Assembly (NCBI GenBank): GCA_052168235.1
Contig: JBQLZK010000002.1
Coordinates: 1-64,000 of the forward strand
Source: Thainema sp.
Lineage (GTDB): Bacteria > Cyanobacteriota > Cyanobacteriia > Phormidesmidales > Phormidesmidaceae
DNA length: 64,000 nucleotides
Direction: 5' to 3'
Within the stretch, counting starts at the first letter, position 1. Each line of letters opens with the position of its first letter. Positions 61,301-64,000 of this stretch are shown here, piece after piece. The translations under genes and the position numbers were made by a program. The notes below the pieces were generated by a model. It had not been told where the DNA came from and did no database searches. It worked only from the letters and a program-made list of their open reading frames with translations.

Positions 61301-62035
61301 ATGGCTAAAACTGTTCAAACCGATGAGCCGCTTTCTCTCAGTGCAGAAGCGGCTCATATTCGTTCGTTATTCAATCAAATTGCCCCTGTTTACGATCAGC
61401 TCAATGACTGGCTGAGTCTTGGCTTACACCGAGTTTGGAAACAAATGGCGGTGCAGTGGGCTAACCCCCATGCGGGTGATACCTGTCTGGATTTATGCTG
61501 CGGCAGTGGCGATCTGGCTCGCCGCCTCGCCCGCGCCGTTGGCCCAGCAGGTCAGGTTTACGGGGCCGACTTTTCACCCGCTCAACTTGCGATCGCACAG
61601 CAAATCGCTCAGGCCAATACCCTACCGCTACCGATCACCTGGGTGGAAGCCGATGCGCTGAATCTACCATTCGACGATGATTTTTTCGACGCCGCCACGA
61701 TGGGCTATGGCTTACGCAACGTCACCGACATTCTCCGCTGCTTACAAGAATTACATCGGGTACTAAAACCGGGAGCTGCGATCTCAATTCTAGATTTCCA
61801 CCGTCCCAGCACTGCACCGATGCAGCAGTTCCAGCAGTGGTACCTTGATCAGGTTGTCGTGCCGATCTCAGAGCAGTTTCAACTCAAAGAGGAATATGCC
61901 TACATTAGTCCCAGTTTGGAACGCTTTCCCATCGGCTCAGAACAGGTGCAGCTTGCTCAACAGGCGGGTTTTACCACAGCCACCCACTACCCCATCTTGG
62001 GTGGCATGATGGGTGTTTTAGTTGCCCAAAAGTAA
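61301..62035 (+). CDS. menG: Demethylphylloquinol/UbiE-family methyltransferase
   Basis: IAPVYDQLNDWLSLG, LDLCCGSGD and MGYGLRNV. Confidence 0.88.
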   Translation: MAKTVQTDEPLSLSAEAAHIRSLFNQIAPVYDQLNDWLSLGLHRVWKQMAVQWANPHAGDTCLDLCCGSGDLARRLARAVGPAGQVYGADFSPAQLAIAQQIAQANTLPLPITWVEADALNLPFDDDFFDAATMGYGLRNVTDILRCLQELHRVLKPGAAISILDFHRPSTAPMQQFQQWYLDQVVVPISEQFQLKEEYAYISPSLERFPIGSEQVQLAQQAGFTTATHYPILGGMMGVLVAQK

Positions 62036-62043
62036 CTTTAAAG

Positions 62044-62084
62044 AGCGGTGTGGTCATACGGCTCAGCCGTATGACCACACCGCT
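62044..62084. terminator. Long hairpin between convergent menG and pxcA
   Basis: AGCGGTGTGGTCATACGGCT-C-AGCCGTATGACCACACCGCT, a 20-bp perfect stem. Confidence 0.7.
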
Positions 62085-62091
62085 AAATGAC

Positions 62092-63510
62092 CTACTCATT
62101 CATCGTTCGATAGGTTGCCACTGCTGAGGGCGAGATGCGGTTCAGATATCGGAAAATCCAGTACTTAAACACCGTATCTAGAATCACCGGGAACGTGGCG
62201 ATAAATAGGAAGATAAAGTCGCGGTTTGCAGGTAAACCAAAGTGGCGCGAAATTCCTTCCAGCAGCACTTCCCAGCCGTGGGGAGAGTGATATCCCACAA
62301 ACGTATCGGTGAACAGAATGATAATGAACGCCTTGGCGCTATCGCTGAGGCCATAGACAATCTCATCGATAAACGACTTGAGAATGGCGATCTCACGCCG
62401 ACTGTTTAGTAATACCGCCGCAAATGCCACTGACGCAAAAATATCGGCAAAGACATTTTTAATTGCGTTAGTACTCAGCGCTAGATACTCTGCTTCAAGT
62501 TCAATCGCCTTTTCACGGATGCGCTCCTCGATCTCCCCTTCCGACATTGGCTCTACTTTGCCGATAAACTCCTCGAATCGCAACCGCTCCGAATACCGCT
62601 GGAGTTCGTGCAGCGCTTCTTCCTCCATCTCCATATTGAGGAAGTTGTCAGCCTGATCGCGCTGAATGGCCGCTACGTAACCGCGATCAACAATTGGCCC
62701 AACTAGGATATTTTTGCTCACCTGCTGCACCAACAGCGGCACAATGATCAGCAACAGGATAAACTTCAGCGCCGAGAGCGTTTTAGCCCGCGATACGCGA
62801 AAACTTTGGACGACTTCTTCTTCCGCATCTGGATCGAGCTCTTGTTTAATCCGATCAACAGTACGCAGAATCGAACGGGGTAAAAAGCTAGCTTGATCAG
62901 ACAAAGCATCCACATTCGATGGCACCTCCTCCTCCCTCGGCTGAACCATCTCTGGTTTGGGCACGTAGGCTTTTGGTGAACCAGCCGGAGTTTTAGAGCG
63001 AGCTTTCGTCGTTGTCTGAGTAGAGGCTGAACCTAGAAGTCCGTCGTTTGACGCTTTGCGGGACGCCGCTTTGTTAGACGAAACGGATTGCTGAACGAGT
63101 GCTGAGTTGCGAGGCGTTCGGTAGCGACTGAGCGTCTCGTCAATGTACTGGAGCTTCTTCAGGACAGCAGCAGGCTGATCGACGACATCAACGGTATACC
63201 AGTCTGAGGGCTGTTCTGAAACTTGAACTTCAGCACGGCGATAGTCCGGATCCCGAACTGTACTGCCTCTCTTGTGAAACAAAGCAAGCTGCCACTTGAT
63301 TTCACTGAGATACTCTTTGAGTTTACTGTCAAAGTAAGTCTGAGAACTTTGCCCATAGTCTGCGTTTTCAGCGGCGATCCGTTGACCATTGAAGTATCGA
63401 TCTTCGATTGACCGAAGACGCTGAGCTGCGACATACGCTCGATCCAGTGCTTGTTCTGAGGATTGAGACAACCACTGTTTAGCTCTCCGAAAATACCCCT
63501 GGATGCTCAT
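62092..63510 (-). CDS. pxcA: Proton extrusion protein PxcA (CemA family)
   Basis: LSDSAKAFIIILFTDTFVGYHSPHGWE and FPVILDTVFKYWIFRYLNRISPS. Confidence 0.96.
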   Translation of the reverse strand: MSIQGYFRRAKQWLSQSSEQALDRAYVAAQRLRSIEDRYFNGQRIAAENADYGQSSQTYFDSKLKEYLSEIKWQLALFHKRGSTVRDPDYRRAEVQVSEQPSDWYTVDVVDQPAAVLKKLQYIDETLSRYRTPRNSALVQQSVSSNKAASRKASNDGLLGSASTQTTTKARSKTPAGSPKAYVPKPEMVQPREEEVPSNVDALSDQASFLPRSILRTVDRIKQELDPDAEEEVVQSFRVSRAKTLSALKFILLLIIVPLLVQQVSKNILVGPIVDRGYVAAIQRDQADNFLNMEMEEEALHELQRYSERLRFEEFIGKVEPMSEGEIEERIREKAIELEAEYLALSTNAIKNVFADIFASVAFAAVLLNSRREIAILKSFIDEIVYGLSDSAKAFIIILFTDTFVGYHSPHGWEVLLEGISRHFGLPANRDFIFLFIATFPVILDTVFKYWIFRYLNRISPSAVATYRTMNE

Positions 63511-63807
63511 ATAAGAATGTCGTTAATGGCTGGAAAAGATAGATTAATACCAAGTCCGCTTGATCTGCACCGTGTTTAGGTTAAAACGTTTGGGTCTAAC
63601 GATGTCAAACGTCCATACCAGTTTAGATGGCATAAATAAATCCAAAATCAGGAAAATGCCTAGAGAGAGCCCCCTCCAGTTTGGTTGTTTAGTTTCCGGG
63701 CGTTTGGATTGCTGATATTCCATTGCCTGGGGGTGATGGCAGCGGTCAGACGGTGAGATGAAGCGTTAAAGTCAACTCATCCTATCAAATTCTGTTTGAG
63801 GATTGCG

Positions 63808-64000
63808 GTGTCACCATCTTCTTTTTGGATCACAGGATCAACCCGCAGCGGCAAAACCGCTCGCCTGATTGAGCTAGGACTACGCTGGCAGGCCGAACAG
63901 TCTTCGGTTGAACAATCGGTTGTGCTTCAGTCGGTTGGCCGTTCAAGCTATCAAATAAATGATCAACCCTCAACTTTGCAGAACCGTCTAGCTACGCCAC
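63808..64000 (+). CDS. 5' part of a P-loop protein divergent from pxcA (runs off the window)
   Basis: GTG start, WITGSTRSGKT Walker-A-like motif, frame open to the window end; not in the ORF track. Confidence 0.65.
   Translation, partial: MSPSSFWITGSTRSGKTARLIELGLRWQAEQSSVEQSVVLQSVGRSSYQINDQPSTLQNRLATP

Overview
Chromosomal window from a cyanobacterium, probably filamentous and Leptolyngbya/Oculatella-like (inference). Evidence: dense HIP1 GCGATCGC octamers (often extended to TGCGATCGCA), ntcA, pxcA, glgC and gas vesicle genes. Most of it is core or metabolic: frmA-fghA, mtnP, codA, glgC, purB, ntcA, fabI, hisB, futB, nei, menG, pxcA. Four accessory stretches stand out. (1) Two paralogous AEC-type transporters bracket an AT-rich DegT aminotransferase and an RND pump, followed by a hybrid kinase and a GAF-adenylate cyclase. 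(2) A 2.1-kb segment lies between two identical 90-bp MITE-like elements. (3) In the gvpA-C-N-J cluster, GvpC and GvpN both end in a homologous winged-helix-like domain (19/39 identical residues). (4) A RAYT transposase with its own REP inside the coding sequence sits next to an EACC1-like/caspase-GUN4 gene pair whose 3' end is a G-rich, A-poor segment resembling a diversified variable region. Several short palindromic mobile-element families are also present. No rRNA, tRNA or CRISPR array was seen. All calls come from reading the sequence and recognising motifs; no searches were run.
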